Shown here in pieces: positions 10,040 through 20,655 of a DNA stretch of 64,000 nt. The stretch is from Candidatus Oxydemutator sp. (GTDB lineage: Bacteria > Pseudomonadota > Gammaproteobacteria > Poriferisulfidales > Oxydemutatoraceae). Under the pieces are notes generated by a model that made no database searches, was not told the DNA's origin, and saw only the letters and a program-made list of their open reading frames with translations. The DNA lies in the NCBI GenBank assembly GCA_965203445.1, contig OZ241883.1, positions 1,408,001 to 1,472,000 on the forward strand, read 5' to 3'. Within the stretch, counting starts at the first letter, position 1, and each line of letters begins with the position of its first letter. A program made the translations under genes and the position numbers.

Positions 10040-10878
10040 GCGGCAGCGATCTGGTGCGGATATTTCCCTATCCGGTGCTTCAGGAGGGCAACCTGTCGTT
10101 TCCGCAAGGGAAATACTCGCCGAAGGTCGAGATGAGTGCCGACGGATGTTCGGCGACGGTGTGGCACGTGCTCAACGGTGCTCCTCTCATCACCCGACTC
10201 ATCGAGGAGAAGCGCGCCGCCTGTGCCTGTTCGGTATCCATACCGATTACCAGTTACCGGCGTGTGCACCGGTCGGAAGACACCGAGCAGCGGATCGAGT
10301 GGAACAAGGACATTGTCGGGGAACCAGCGATTTTGCATCCTGTGGTCGTGTGTCTTGAGCGATTGCAATGCGATTTGTCTTCTGACGACGGCGTTGGCGA
10401 AGCATGGTTCGGGCGCAACGTCATTTTTGAAGCAGGGGCAAAAATTGCCTTGGGATCGTTCTTCCGAACGTCTTCATCGCTTCAGAGTCTCCTGTCCGTT
10501 ATTCGGGATCCCGAGCTTAAGTCGGGGCGACTATTCGTGGAGCTTGGTTCCGAAGATGGGTTTTATTTCACCGTGCACGTCGCCGCCGACCTTCATGATT
10601 TTCTCCAGCGTTGGGGTGGTGAAGAGCGTCGTCTGCACCGAAACAGCATTTTTACCCACGTCGTGAGCCGTTGTCTTGAGTTGTTGGCAAAGGAATACGG
10701 GAAAGAGGAAGGTGATGGAGAGGAAGGATGGCGTTGCCACAAAAATCTGGTGGCTTTGGCCTCGGATCTGGAAAATCGCGGATTGCCAATTTGGGATGAC
10801 GACAGTTTCGTCCCTGAAAAAGTCGCAACCGCCCTTCAGCCCCACGTCGTCCCCAAAGTAGAGGGTGATCCCGCGTGA
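10036..10878 (+). CDS. Hypothetical protein coupled to the GHKL ATPase
   Basis: 280-aa ORF, ATGA overlap with the upstream stop; begins with FPYPVL. Confidence 0.65.
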   Translation: MSGSDLVRIFPYPVLQEGNLSFPQGKYSPKVEMSADGCSATVWHVLNGAPLITRLIEEKRAACACSVSIPITSYRRVHRSEDTEQRIEWNKDIVGEPAILHPVVVCLERLQCDLSSDDGVGEAWFGRNVIFEAGAKIALGSFFRTSSSLQSLLSVIRDPELKSGRLFVELGSEDGFYFTVHVAADLHDFLQRWGGEERRLHRNSIFTHVVSRCLELLAKEYGKEEGDGEEGWRCHKNLVALASDLENRGLPIWDDDSFVPEKVATALQPHVVPKVEGDPA

Positions 10879-11750
10879 ATCCTCACCAATTTGATGACGG
10901 CACTTATACTTCCTTTCGGAGGTCATTGCTTGCAGAGAAGGGTTCCAGGTTCCAACGTGATTTTTTGCGAGCGGCCCGTCAAAGTGCCGCCTTTCTCGCG
11001 TTCGTGCAAGACAAGGTCGCCAGGGTAAAAGGTGACGATTTTCCGATTTACGGAAACTCACTGACCGAGCATGAATACAAGGAACCGCCACCCGACACCG
11101 AGCACGCCCTGTATTCGACCTGGAGGGGAATAACGCCGGCGGTCGCATGTCGCACTACGTTCTGGGCCGAAGTCACCTTCCGTCATATCGAAGGCAAGCG
11201 CATAGAGGCAAGTTATCTGGCCGCGAACGGGGGTGCACAGGCCGGCGGACTCGAACGGATCGAGCGGGTTCTTGAACCTGCTCGCTCGGAGGCATCTGAC
11301 AAGGCCGTTGATGCTTGTGTGCGCACAATTCTCCGGCGGATGAGCGGGTTGCGCGAAGCGCGAGGCAACCGAAGTCCTTACGTGGATTGCCCGTTCGGCC
11401 GCGCCTGGTGGCGTGAACGTGCCGTCGCGGAAATTTGTTCGAATGCTGGTGTTTCCCGGGAGGACGTTCTCGGGATACTCAGGCTGAGCCAGGGGTATTG
11501 GGAAGAAATCGTTTCCCAGATTGTTTCCAGAAACTCGGTCGTGGGCGACGGGAAAGTCCGCGACGCCTTGGTGGTATGTCTCATCGCCCAAAAAGATTCG
11601 AGACCTGATAGCCCGATTTTCCAAGGCAAGGAATTGCGCAAGTTGATAAAGCTTCTCGGGATCAGGAGCGCGTGGCAGGAGCTTAGTGTTTTGGAGTTGG
11701 ATGACTTGATCACGCTCATAGGCAAAGAAATGAAGGCGGTGACAACCTGA
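10875..11750 (+). CDS. Hypothetical protein (possibly DUF6339-like)
   Basis: 291-aa ORF, GTGA overlap; FWAEVTF and FGRAWW segments; family call is tentative. Confidence 0.55.
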   Translation: MNPHQFDDGTYTSFRRSLLAEKGSRFQRDFLRAARQSAAFLAFVQDKVARVKGDDFPIYGNSLTEHEYKEPPPDTEHALYSTWRGITPAVACRTTFWAEVTFRHIEGKRIEASYLAANGGAQAGGLERIERVLEPARSEASDKAVDACVRTILRRMSGLREARGNRSPYVDCPFGRAWWRERAVAEICSNAGVSREDVLGILRLSQGYWEEIVSQIVSRNSVVGDGKVRDALVVCLIAQKDSRPDSPIFQGKELRKLIKLLGIRSAWQELSVLELDDLITLIGKEMKAVTT

Positions 11751-12108
11751 CCGCATGGAGTCTGTTATTGACCGCGCTCGGGCTTCGGTTAATAATATGT
11801 GAGGAATTTTTTCGGAAAGCGCGAGGAGGCAATTTTATGCGACATAACGAGGCTTTCTTTTTCGGCGCCGACCATGCCGGCCCTTGATTACGAGTTCGAC
11901 GTGGACGAATGGGGGTTGCACCTGGGCTACAGCCTTTCGTTCGGATTTGGCGCGTTCTGATATTTTCGCCCGCCCCTGACCCGGCTTTGCGTCTGGCTTC
12001 GGGTTCGGCCTTGGCCGCCGCCACCCGCTTTTTGCCGTTCCTCGTTTCCGGGTTTCTCTCAAGTGGGGATTTGCGTGGCGAATGGCGCGCGGTTCACGGA
12101 GGCTCGTC

Positions 12109-13596
12109 ATGAAAAAGCCGGCCGTTACACCCGTGTTCGTCGGTTCCAGCCTGCTGATTTTCTTTATTCTGCTTTGTTCCCTGTTCGCCCGGGACTCCTT
12201 TTCCCGGTTTCTTTCCTGGGCGCGGGATACTTTTGTTCTGAATGTATCCTGGTTCTACGTCCTGGTCATTTTTCTGCTGTTTCTCGTCTGCCTGTATCTG
12301 ATATTCGGCCGCTATGCAAAAGTTCGTCTGGGCCGGGATCAAAACGCAAGGCCTCGCTACAGCCTCGCCACCTGGCTGTCCATGCTTTTCAGCGCGGGTA
12401 TGGGAACCGGCCTGTTGTTTTCGGGAGTGTACGAACCGCTCCACCATTACTTCTATCCCCCGGTCGGGGAGGGCGCGACGCCACAGGCCCTGGAATTGTC
12501 CTTCCGGCTCACCTTTTTGCACTGGGGCTTTTCCGGTTGGGCGGTCTATACCTTTGTGGGCTTGGCCATGGCCTATCTCTGTTTTCACAAAGGGCGGGCC
12601 TTTCGCTTTTCCTCGATGCTGCCCGCGACCTTCAGCCGGCGGGCCGGCGGAAAGGCCGGCGACCTGATAGACGTTCTGGCAATCGTGGCCATCCTGTTCG
12701 GCGTCGCGACCTCTTTGGGGCGGGGGGCCTTGCAGATCAACGGCGGGTTGCACGAACTGTTCGGGCTGCCGGTGTCCGCGCCGATGCAGGGGCTTGTGAT
12801 TGCGGTGATAACCGGCCTGGCCACGGCTTCCGTGCTGTCCGGTCTGGATCGGGGGATACGTCGTCTGAGCGAGCTGAACGTCGTGTTGTGCCTGTTTCTG
12901 ATCGGCTTCGTCCTGTTCCTGGGGCCGACGAGTTTCCTTCTCAATTCCCTCATCGAGCATACCGGCGCTTATTTTCAAAACCTGATAGCAAGCATGACTT
13001 GGTTGGAAACGCTGGGAGATTCGCAGTGGCGTTCCGGCTGGACGATACTCTATTGGGCGTGGTGGATCGCGTGGGCGCCCTTCGTCGGCAGTTTTATCGC
13101 ACGCATTTCCGAGGGGCGCACCATCCGGGAGTTCGTCGCCGGCGCTTTGTTCGTCCCGGTGTTGCTCACCTTTCTGTGGTTCGCGGTTTTCGGCGGCACC
13201 GCGATTCACCACCACGTGCAGGAAGCTATGGACCTTCGGCCATTTTTGAAGACCGAGTACGCGCTCGTCGTGTTCAAGTTTTTCGAGTATTTCCCGTTCG
13301 CGCAGGCGGTCTCCCTCGTCACCGTGGCGGCGATAGTCATATTTTTTGTGACCTCGTCGGATTCCGCCTCCTACGTAGTCGATCAAATCGCCCGAGGCCG
13401 CGCACGCCCCAGCCCCGGCCAAAAAATCTACTGGGCGGTTCTGGAAGGCGCCGTCGCCGCGCTGCTGCTTTTCACCGGCGGCGTGAAGTCTCTGGAGTTG
13501 TTCGTCATCGTCGTAACTTTCCCGCTGAGCCTGATTCTGCTGTTCGTGTGCTATCACTTCTTCCAAAGCATCAGAACCTCCGAAAAGCCCGCATAG
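12109..13596 (+). CDS. BCCT family (betaine/choline/carnitine) transporter
   Basis: WLSMLFSAGMGTGL, FLHWG, signature WTILYWAWWIAWAPFVGSFIARISEGRTIREF, FFVTSSDS. Confidence 0.92.
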   Translation: MKKPAVTPVFVGSSLLIFFILLCSLFARDSFSRFLSWARDTFVLNVSWFYVLVIFLLFLVCLYLIFGRYAKVRLGRDQNARPRYSLATWLSMLFSAGMGTGLLFSGVYEPLHHYFYPPVGEGATPQALELSFRLTFLHWGFSGWAVYTFVGLAMAYLCFHKGRAFRFSSMLPATFSRRAGGKAGDLIDVLAIVAILFGVATSLGRGALQINGGLHELFGLPVSAPMQGLVIAVITGLATASVLSGLDRGIRRLSELNVVLCLFLIGFVLFLGPTSFLLNSLIEHTGAYFQNLIASMTWLETLGDSQWRSGWTILYWAWWIAWAPFVGSFIARISEGRTIREFVAGALFVPVLLTFLWFAVFGGTAIHHHVQEAMDLRPFLKTEYALVVFKFFEYFPFAQAVSLVTVAAIVIFFVTSSDSASYVVDQIARGRARPSPGQKIYWAVLEGAVAALLLFTGGVKSLELFVIVVTFPLSLILLFVCYHFFQSIRTSEKPA

Positions 13597-13755
13597 GGTA
13601 ATGAGGCGAACCCGGTGGACTGCGGAAAAGGGCGGGTATCGGTGTCGGAGGAGTTTTGCGGCCACGGAAAATCAGCCGCAAGTCGGTGATAAAATGAAAA
13701 TTGCGCCTGGAGTTGGAACGATCCCACAACACGCATTATCACTGGGTTTTAACGA

Positions 13756-14718
13756 ATGAAAAATTGCCCGCTGGAACGGCTGGACGGGAATTCCGACGCC
13801 CGCAGGCGGCTGCTTCCTTTCTGTCGCCTCAAAAGAGGAGATGTGTGGGAAGACCCTGTTCGAGGGCATCGTGTCGGCTGTCTCGACGCCACCTCTGAAG
13901 CGGACATCAGTTTGCTTATGGCAGGGGAGAAGGCGACTCTCTCGATCCAGGATCCCCCGTATAACCTGGCGGCGTTCGAGAAGCGTTCCGTTCAAGAGTT
14001 TGTCGGCTGGTGCAGACGGTGGATGGGCGTTACCGAGCGGATTCTTTGCGATAATTCCGCGCTGTACGTCTGGCTGGGCGCCGACCAGGAAAACGCTTTT
14101 CAACCGTTGCCCGACTTCATGATCATGATGCGCGATTTTCCATCCCTGAAGAGCCGGTCTTTTATCACGATGCGCAATCAGAGAGGATACGGCACACAAC
14201 ACAACTGGATGTCGGTAAGGCAGGAGTGTCTCTATTATGTAAAAGGAAAGCCGGCATTTTACGTGCAATACACCGATATTCCCAAAATCCTGCGCGGCTA
14301 CTACAAGGAAGTAAATGGAAGGAAGACGGAAAACCTCGAACGAAGCAAGTCCGAGAATATCCGGCCGGGTAACGTCTGGGTGGATATTCAGCAGATTTTC
14401 TATCGCATGCGGGAGAACGTGAACGGGTGCTACGCCCAAAAGCCCCTGAAATGCATAGAAAGGCTGATCCTGGCCAGTTCTCACGAGGGCGAACTCGTCA
14501 CAGACTTCTTCGGCCACTCGGGAACCACCCTGGTCGCGGCTGCCAAACACAAACGCAGGTGTTTCATATGCGACGTCGATCCCGTCTATGCCGAGATCAT
14601 GATTCGCAGGATCGAAAGATATTATGAGATCGGCAAAGAAGGATGGCAGAACGGCAATCCTTTCGAGAGGGAACTAATGGGAAATCTCGAACCGGAGCAG
14701 GCGGCCTTGAGAGTTTGA
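13756..14718 (+). CDS. Site-specific DNA amino-methyltransferase (beta class)
   Basis: DPPYN catalytic motif precedes AQKP and DFFGHSGTT (SAM motif). Confidence 0.85.
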   Translation: MKNCPLERLDGNSDARRRLLPFCRLKRGDVWEDPVRGHRVGCLDATSEADISLLMAGEKATLSIQDPPYNLAAFEKRSVQEFVGWCRRWMGVTERILCDNSALYVWLGADQENAFQPLPDFMIMMRDFPSLKSRSFITMRNQRGYGTQHNWMSVRQECLYYVKGKPAFYVQYTDIPKILRGYYKEVNGRKTENLERSKSENIRPGNVWVDIQQIFYRMRENVNGCYAQKPLKCIERLILASSHEGELVTDFFGHSGTTLVAAAKHKRRCFICDVDPVYAEIMIRRIERYYEIGKEGWQNGNPFERELMGNLEPEQAALRV

Positions 14719-14721
14719 GCC

Positions 14722-15639
14722 ATGGGTAGAAGCGTTCCGCATCCATTTCCATATCAGGGTAGCAAGCGTGGTATTGCCAGGCATATTCTGCGCTGTTTTC
14801 CGAACGATGTTTGCCGTCTTATCGAGCCTTTTTGCGGGGCTGGCGCGGTTTCTATTGCTGCCGCCGCGCACGGATTGGCCGAGAGGTTCATACTGAATGA
14901 CCTGAACGCACCGCTGATGGGTCTTTGGCGGGAGATTCTGGAAAGGCCGGCGCGGTTGGCCGACGAATACGAGAATCTATGGAACGGGCAACTTCCCGAT
15001 AGCAAGGGGTATTTTTTCCGTGTCCGCGATGAGTTCAATGCCACTCATCTTCCGCATCATTTGCTTTATCTGCTTGCGCGTATTGTGAAAGGGTCGGTCC
15101 GATACAGTGCCGACGGATCGTTCAACCAGAGTGCCGACAACAGGCGATTGGGCATGCGCCCCGCCACCATGAGGAAAAATATTTTCAGCGTGTCCGGTCT
15201 GCTTGCCGGCAAGACCATCACCTTCGCCGCGGATTTTCGTGAAGTCGTAAAGAAAGCAGGAGGCAAAGATTTGATCTACATGGATCCTCCGTACCAGGGC
15301 ACGTCCTTCACGAGGGATCATCGCTACTGTAACGGACTGGCGTACGATGATTTTGTCGGCGCGCTGTCGGAAATGAACGAGAGGCGTCTTTCCTACATTG
15401 TCAGTTACGACGGCGCCACCGGAACAAAGATTCATGGAAAAACATTGCCGCGTTCCCTGTCGCTACGGCACCTTCGTATCCATGTGGGCAGATCGAGTCA
15501 GGCAACGTTGTCAGGAGGCCGTGCCGAGACAATCGAGTCGCTGTATTTGTCCCCGACCCTGACAAAGCGATTGGAGCGAGATACGCGCAGGATCGCAGCG
15601 ATGAGAGACGAGGAGCAACGGGCACTCGCTTTGGCATGA
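14722..15639 (+). CDS. Dam/D12-family DNA adenine methyltransferase
   Basis: PYQGSKR, IEPFCGAG, YMDPPY. Confidence 0.88.
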   Translation: MGRSVPHPFPYQGSKRGIARHILRCFPNDVCRLIEPFCGAGAVSIAAAAHGLAERFILNDLNAPLMGLWREILERPARLADEYENLWNGQLPDSKGYFFRVRDEFNATHLPHHLLYLLARIVKGSVRYSADGSFNQSADNRRLGMRPATMRKNIFSVSGLLAGKTITFAADFREVVKKAGGKDLIYMDPPYQGTSFTRDHRYCNGLAYDDFVGALSEMNERRLSYIVSYDGATGTKIHGKTLPRSLSLRHLRIHVGRSSQATLSGGRAETIESLYLSPTLTKRLERDTRRIAAMRDEEQRALALA

Positions 15640-15824
15640 GCAAGCGGCCATACCCTCGCAAATATAAAGAGGTTCAGGCGCGCCGCTGATGGATTTGGGG
15701 GCTGTTTTCGCCCTCTTTCATGCTACAATAAATCATTCTCCGGCGACGCTGCGCGAGGGTCTGCTTCGCGGGATATTTCCGCGGTGCTCCCGCTTCAATT
15801 TGTTTGTTTTCTTAAGCCCCTTTC

Positions 15825-18419
15825 ATGACTGATTTCGCAAAGGAAGTCCTGGCGGTCAATCTCGAGGACGAGATGCGCAAGTCCTATCTGGACTACGCGA
15901 TGAGCGTCATCATAGGCCGCGCCCTGCCGGACGTCCGCGACGGCCTCAAGCCGGTGCATCGGCGCGTGCTCTACGCGATGCGCGAACTCGGCAACGACTG
16001 GAACAAGCCGTACAAGAAGTCGGCGCGCATCGTCGGCGACGTCATCGGCAAATACCACCCGCACGGCGACGTCGCGGTCTATGACACCATCGTGCGCATG
16101 GCGCAGCCGTTCTCGCTGCGCTACATGTTGGTGGACGGGCAGGGCAACTTCGGTTCGGTGGACGGCGACGCGCCGGCGGCGATGCGCTACACCGAGGTGC
16201 GCATGTCGAAGATCGCGCACGAACTGCTCGCCGATCTCGACAAGGAGACGGTGGATTTTGTCCCCAACTACGACAATTCCGAGCACGAGCCGTCGGTGCT
16301 GCCGACGCGCGTGCCGAACCTGTTGGTCAACGGTTCCTCCGGAATCGCGGTCGGCATGGCGACGAACGTCCCGCCGCACAACCTGGGCGAGGTAGTGGAC
16401 GCGGCGCTCGCGCTGGCCGACGATCCGGAGATCTCGATTGGCGGTCTGATCGAGCATTTGCCGGGGCCGGATTTTCCGACCGCCGGCATCATCATGGGGC
16501 GGCGCGGCATCCGCGACGCGTACCACACCGGGCGCGGGCGCGTCGTCGTGCGCGCGCGCTGCCACGTGGATCGCGACGACAAGGCCGACCGCGAGACGAT
16601 AGTCGCAACCGAACTGCCGTACATGGTCAACAAGGCGCGCCTGCTCGAAAAGATCGCCGGACTGGTCAAGGAAAAGCGCGTCGCCGGCATCGCCGCGCTG
16701 CGCGACGAATCGGACAAGGACGGTATGCGCGTCGTCATCGAACTCAAGCGCGGCGAACCCGGCGACGTCGTGCTGAACAATCTTTACAAACACACGGCGA
16801 TGCAGTCCTCGTTCGGCGTCAACGTGGTCGCGCTCGACGACGGCCAGCCGAAGCTGCTGAACCTGAAACAGGTGCTCGAGGCCTTCCTGCGCCACCGTCG
16901 CGACGTCGTCACGCGGCGCACGGTGTTCGAGCTGCGCAAGGCGCGCGAGAAGGCGCACTTGCTCGAGGGGCAGGCGGTCGCGCTCGCCAACATAGACGAG
17001 GTCATCGCGCTGATCAAGGCGTCGAAAACCCCGGCCGTGGCCAAAGCGGCGTTGGTGGAGCGCGTCTGGAAACCGGGTGTCGTCACCGCGATGCTCGAGC
17101 GCGCCGACGCCGGTGCGTCGCGCCCGGAAAATCTCGCCGCCGAGTTCGGTCTCGCCGATGCCGGCTACCGTCTGTCGGCGACGCAGGCGCAGGCGATCCT
17201 CGATCTGCGGCTGCACCGCCTGACCGCGCTCGAGCAGGACAAAATCGTCTCTGATTACGAGGCGCTGCTGAAGCGCATCTTCGAGCTGATAGAGATCCTG
17301 TCGGAACCCGACCGCCTGATGGAGGTCATCCGCGAGGAGTTGGCCGAGATCCGCGACGCCTACGGCGACGGGCGCCGCACCGAGATCTCCGACGAGGCGA
17401 CCGAGATGAGCGACGAGGACTTCATCAACGAGGAGGAGGTCGTCATCACGATTTCCCACGCCGGCTACGCCAAGTCGCAGAGCATGGACGAATACCGTCT
17501 GCAACGCCGCGGCGGCAAGGGCAAGGCCGCGACCGCGGTGCGCGAAGAGGACTTCATAGACAACCTGTTCATCGCCAACACCCACGACACGCTGCTGTGC
17601 TTCTCAAGCGCCGGCAAAATATACTGGCTCAAGGTCTATCGCCTGCCGCGCGCCGGGCGCGCCGCGCGCGGGCGCCCGCTCGTCAACCTGTTTCCGCTCG
17701 AGGAAGGGGAGCGCATCACCACGGTGCTGCCGGTGCGCGAGTATTCCGAGGACCTGCACGTGTTGATGGCGACCAGTTCCGGCGTCGTCAAGCGCACCCC
17801 GCTGGCCGGTTTTTCGAGGCCGCGCAGCATCGGCATCCGCGCGATCACGCTGCGCCCCGGCGACCAGATGATCGGCGCGTGCATCACCGACGGCGGGCAC
17901 GACGTCATGCTGTTCAGCGACACCGGGCGTTCGGTGCGCTTCGCCGAGTCCGAGTTGCGCTCGCTCGGCAGGAGCGCGCAGGGCGTGCGCGGCATCCGTC
18001 TGCGCGAGGGCGCCAAGGCCATCTCGCTGATCTGCCTGCCGCCGGCGAGCGAGGAGTCGTGCATATTGGTCGCGACCGAGAACGGCTACGGCAAACGCAC
18101 CCGCGCGCGCGAATTCCCGCGCAGAAAGCGCGGCGGCTACGGCGTTATCGCAATCCGCACCGATGAGCGCAACGGCAAAATCGTCGGCGCGACGATAGTC
18201 GGCGAGGAAGACGAGGTCATGTTGATCACCGACGGCGGCACCCTGGTGCGCACCGAGGCCGGGCAGATTTCCATCGTCGGGCGCAATACCATGGGAGTGC
18301 GCCTGATTCGTCTCGACAAAGCCGAACGCCTGTCCGAAGTGGTGCGCGTGGAGACGGCGACCGACGACTCCGCCGACGGCGACGGTACCGTCACCGCTGA
18401 CGCCGCCGCCACCGACTGA
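15825..18419 (+). CDS. gyrA: DNA gyrase subunit A
   Basis: [25 protein letters not shown], GyrA box QRRGGKG. Confidence 0.98.
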   Translation: MTDFAKEVLAVNLEDEMRKSYLDYAMSVIIGRALPDVRDGLKPVHRRVLYAMRELGNDWNKPYKKSARIVGDVIGKYHPHGDVAVYDTIVRMAQPFSLRYMLVDGQGNFGSVDGDAPAAMRYTEVRMSKIAHELLADLDKETVDFVPNYDNSEHEPSVLPTRVPNLLVNGSSGIAVGMATNVPPHNLGEVVDAALALADDPEISIGGLIEHLPGPDFPTAGIIMGRRGIRDAYHTGRGRVVVRARCHVDRDDKADRETIVATELPYMVNKARLLEKIAGLVKEKRVAGIAALRDESDKDGMRVVIELKRGEPGDVVLNNLYKHTAMQSSFGVNVVALDDGQPKLLNLKQVLEAFLRHRRDVVTRRTVFELRKAREKAHLLEGQAVALANIDEVIALIKASKTPAVAKAALVERVWKPGVVTAMLERADAGASRPENLAAEFGLADAGYRLSATQAQAILDLRLHRLTALEQDKIVSDYEALLKRIFELIEILSEPDRLMEVIREELAEIRDAYGDGRRTEISDEATEMSDEDFINEEEVVITISHAGYAKSQSMDEYRLQRRGGKGKAATAVREEDFIDNLFIANTHDTLLCFSSAGKIYWLKVYRLPRAGRAARGRPLVNLFPLEEGERITTVLPVREYSEDLHVLMATSSGVVKRTPLAGFSRPRSIGIRAITLRPGDQMIGACITDGGHDVMLFSDTGRSVRFAESELRSLGRSAQGVRGIRLREGAKAISLICLPPASEESCILVATENGYGKRTRAREFPRRKRGGYGVIAIRTDERNGKIVGATIVGEEDEVMLITDGGTLVRTEAGQISIVGRNTMGVRLIRLDKAERLSEVVRVETATDDSADGDGTVTADAAATD

Positions 18420-18443
18420 AAAGGGGTTGCTTGCGCCCGTGCG

Positions 18444-19520
18444 GTGACGTCCACGGTATATAACTACGCGCCGGGGCCGGCGATATTGCCGGCGCCGGTG
18501 TTGGAGCAGGTGCGCGCCGAGCTGGCCGAGGAGCGTCCGGTATCGGTGCTCGAGATGGGGCACCGCACCGCCTGGTTCGACGATATTGCGGCGCGTTCGC
18601 AGGCCAATCTGCGCGCGTTGCTCGAGGTTCCGGACGATTACGCGGTGTTGTTTCTGCCGGGTGGCGCGCGCGCGCAATACGCCGCGCTGGCGCTCAATCT
18701 CGGCGCCGCCTCCGCCGATTATTTCGACACCGGCTATTGGTCGCAATGCGCGATGGCCGAGGCCGGCCGCTATACCCGCGTCCACGTCCCGGCCGCGGTC
18801 GCGCCGAACGAAGACGGGCTGCTGTCGCTGCCGCCGCCCGCGCGCTGGCGCAATACGCCCGCGCCCGCCTACCGCCATTACGTCGCAAACGAAACGCTGA
18901 CCGGCTTCGAGTTTTTCGCCGACCGCGAAATTGACGACGGCAGCCTGGTCGCCGACGCGACGTCGAACTTCCTGAGCACCCCGCTGAACGTCGCGCGCCA
19001 CCGCCTGATTTACGCCGGCGCCCAGAAGAACGCCGGCATCGCCGGCGTCGCCGTCGTCATCGTCGCGCGCGACGTGTTCGGCGGCGCGCGCGACGATACG
19101 CCGTCTTTGTATAATTACGAGTTGCAGGACAAGATGGATTCCCGCTTCAACACGCCCCCGGTTTTCGCGTGGTACGTGTGCGATCTGGTGCTCGAGTGGA
19201 CGCGGCGCGAGGGCGGCGTCGCCGAGATGTACCGCCGCAGCGTGCAGCGTTCGTCGCTGCTCTACGAATGCATGGATCAATCGGCGATCTACGAAGCCCC
19301 GGTGGCGCCGCAATATCGTTCGCGCACCAACGTCTTTTTCCGCATCCGCCCGCGCGAGCTGGAGGCGCGTTTTGTGCGCGCGGCCGAGGCCCAGGGTCTT
19401 CTGGGTCTGCGCGGGCACCGCGCCACCGGCGGCATCCGCGCGAGCCTGTACAATGGCATGCCGGTGCAAGGCGCGGCCGTGCTGGCCGATTTCATGCGCG
19501 ACTTCGAGAAACAAGCCTGA
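18444..19520 (+). CDS. serC: Phosphoserine aminotransferase
   Basis: YNYAPGPAILP, YAGAQKNAG, NTPP, GHRATGGIRASLYN. Confidence 0.95.
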   Translation: MTSTVYNYAPGPAILPAPVLEQVRAELAEERPVSVLEMGHRTAWFDDIAARSQANLRALLEVPDDYAVLFLPGGARAQYAALALNLGAASADYFDTGYWSQCAMAEAGRYTRVHVPAAVAPNEDGLLSLPPPARWRNTPAPAYRHYVANETLTGFEFFADREIDDGSLVADATSNFLSTPLNVARHRLIYAGAQKNAGIAGVAVVIVARDVFGGARDDTPSLYNYELQDKMDSRFNTPPVFAWYVCDLVLEWTRREGGVAEMYRRSVQRSSLLYECMDQSAIYEAPVAPQYRSRTNVFFRIRPRELEARFVRAAEAQGLLGLRGHRATGGIRASLYNGMPVQGAAVLADFMRDFEKQA

Positions 19521-19536
19521 CGCGGGGACGCGAACG

Positions 19537-20655
19537 TTGTCTGACAAAGAACTGGACAAAGAACTGGGCGAGATACGCGCGCAAATAGACGAGATTGACG
19601 CGCGCTTGCTGCAATTGCTCAACGAGCGCGCCGCGCACGCGATGCGCATCGGGGAACGCAAGCGCGCGCTCGGCCCGAACGACTCGATCTACCGCCCGGC
19701 GCGCGAGGCCGGCCATTTGCGCGACCTCATCGCCGCCAACCGTGGGCCGCTCAAGGACGCGGACGTGGCCGCGCTGTTCCGCGAGATTTTGTCGGCATGC
19801 CGCGCGCTCGAACGCGAGATCGTGGTCGCCTTCCTCGGGCCGCACGGCACGTTCACGCAAGAGGCCGTGTTCAAGCATTTCGGGCGCTCGGTCGTGGCGC
19901 GCGATTTTTCGACCATCGCCGGGGTGTTTCGCGCGGTCGAGGCGGGCGAACCCGCCTACGGCGTCGTGCCGGTCGAGAATTCGAGCGAAGGCGCGGTCTC
20001 GCACACGCTCGACTGCTTCATGGATTCGACGCTGCGCATCGTCGGCGAGATCGAGCTGCCGATCCGCCAGTGTCTGCTGGCGGGCGGCGACTCAAGCGAC
20101 TCAGGCGACCCTGGCGACCTGCGGCGCGTGCGCGTGGTGTACTCGCATTTGCAGTCGTTGGCCCAGTGCCGCCGCTGGCTCGAGGAGAACCTGGCGCATT
20201 GCCGCCAGGTCGGCGTCAACAGCAACGCCGAGGCGGCCCAAAGGGCGCGCGACGATGCGAACGCCGCCGCCATCGCTGGCGCCGGCGCCGGCGCCGAATA
20301 CGGGCTTGCGGTGCTGGCCGAGGGCATCGAGGATTGCGTCGCCAACGCGACGCGCTTTCTGGTGATAGGCGACCACGCGGCCCCGCCCAGCGGCGACGAC
20401 AAGACCAGCGTGCTGGTGTCGGCCAAGAACCATCCGGGTTCGCTGGCCGCGCTGTTGCAGATATTGGCGCGTCGCGACGTCAGCCTGACGCGCATCGAAT
20501 CGCGCCCGGTGCGCATCGTCAACTGGGAATACGTTTTCTTCCTCGACGTGGAGGGGCACTGCGAGGACGACGTGCTGCGCGCCGCGCTGTCCGAACTGGA
20601 AGCGAGCGCCGGTCTTTACAAGCTGCTCGGTTCCTACCCCTGCGCGTCGGCGTAG
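19537..20655 (+). CDS. pheA: Chorismate mutase/prephenate dehydratase
   Basis: IRAQIDEID, FLGPHGTFT, VPVENSSEG, NATRF, LTRIESRP; TTG start at 19537 inferred. Confidence 0.93.
   Translation: MSDKELDKELGEIRAQIDEIDARLLQLLNERAAHAMRIGERKRALGPNDSIYRPAREAGHLRDLIAANRGPLKDADVAALFREILSACRALEREIVVAFLGPHGTFTQEAVFKHFGRSVVARDFSTIAGVFRAVEAGEPAYGVVPVENSSEGAVSHTLDCFMDSTLRIVGEIELPIRQCLLAGGDSSDSGDPGDLRRVRVVYSHLQSLAQCRRWLEENLAHCRQVGVNSNAEAAQRARDDANAAAIAGAGAGAEYGLAVLAEGIEDCVANATRFLVIGDHAAPPSGDDKTSVLVSAKNHPGSLAALLQILARRDVSLTRIESRPVRIVNWEYVFFLDVEGHCEDDVLRAALSELEASAGLYKLLGSYPCASA

Noticed and set aside
11716-12112. Short ORFs between the operon and the BCCT gene
   Set aside because: No recognisable motifs or clear RBS; cannot be supported as genes
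15795-19661. Long antisense ORFs (596 aa, 685 aa) over gyrA and serC, and similar ones over gatA, hemA and proS
   Set aside because: Shadow ORFs caused by high GC and codon bias; no recognisable motifs
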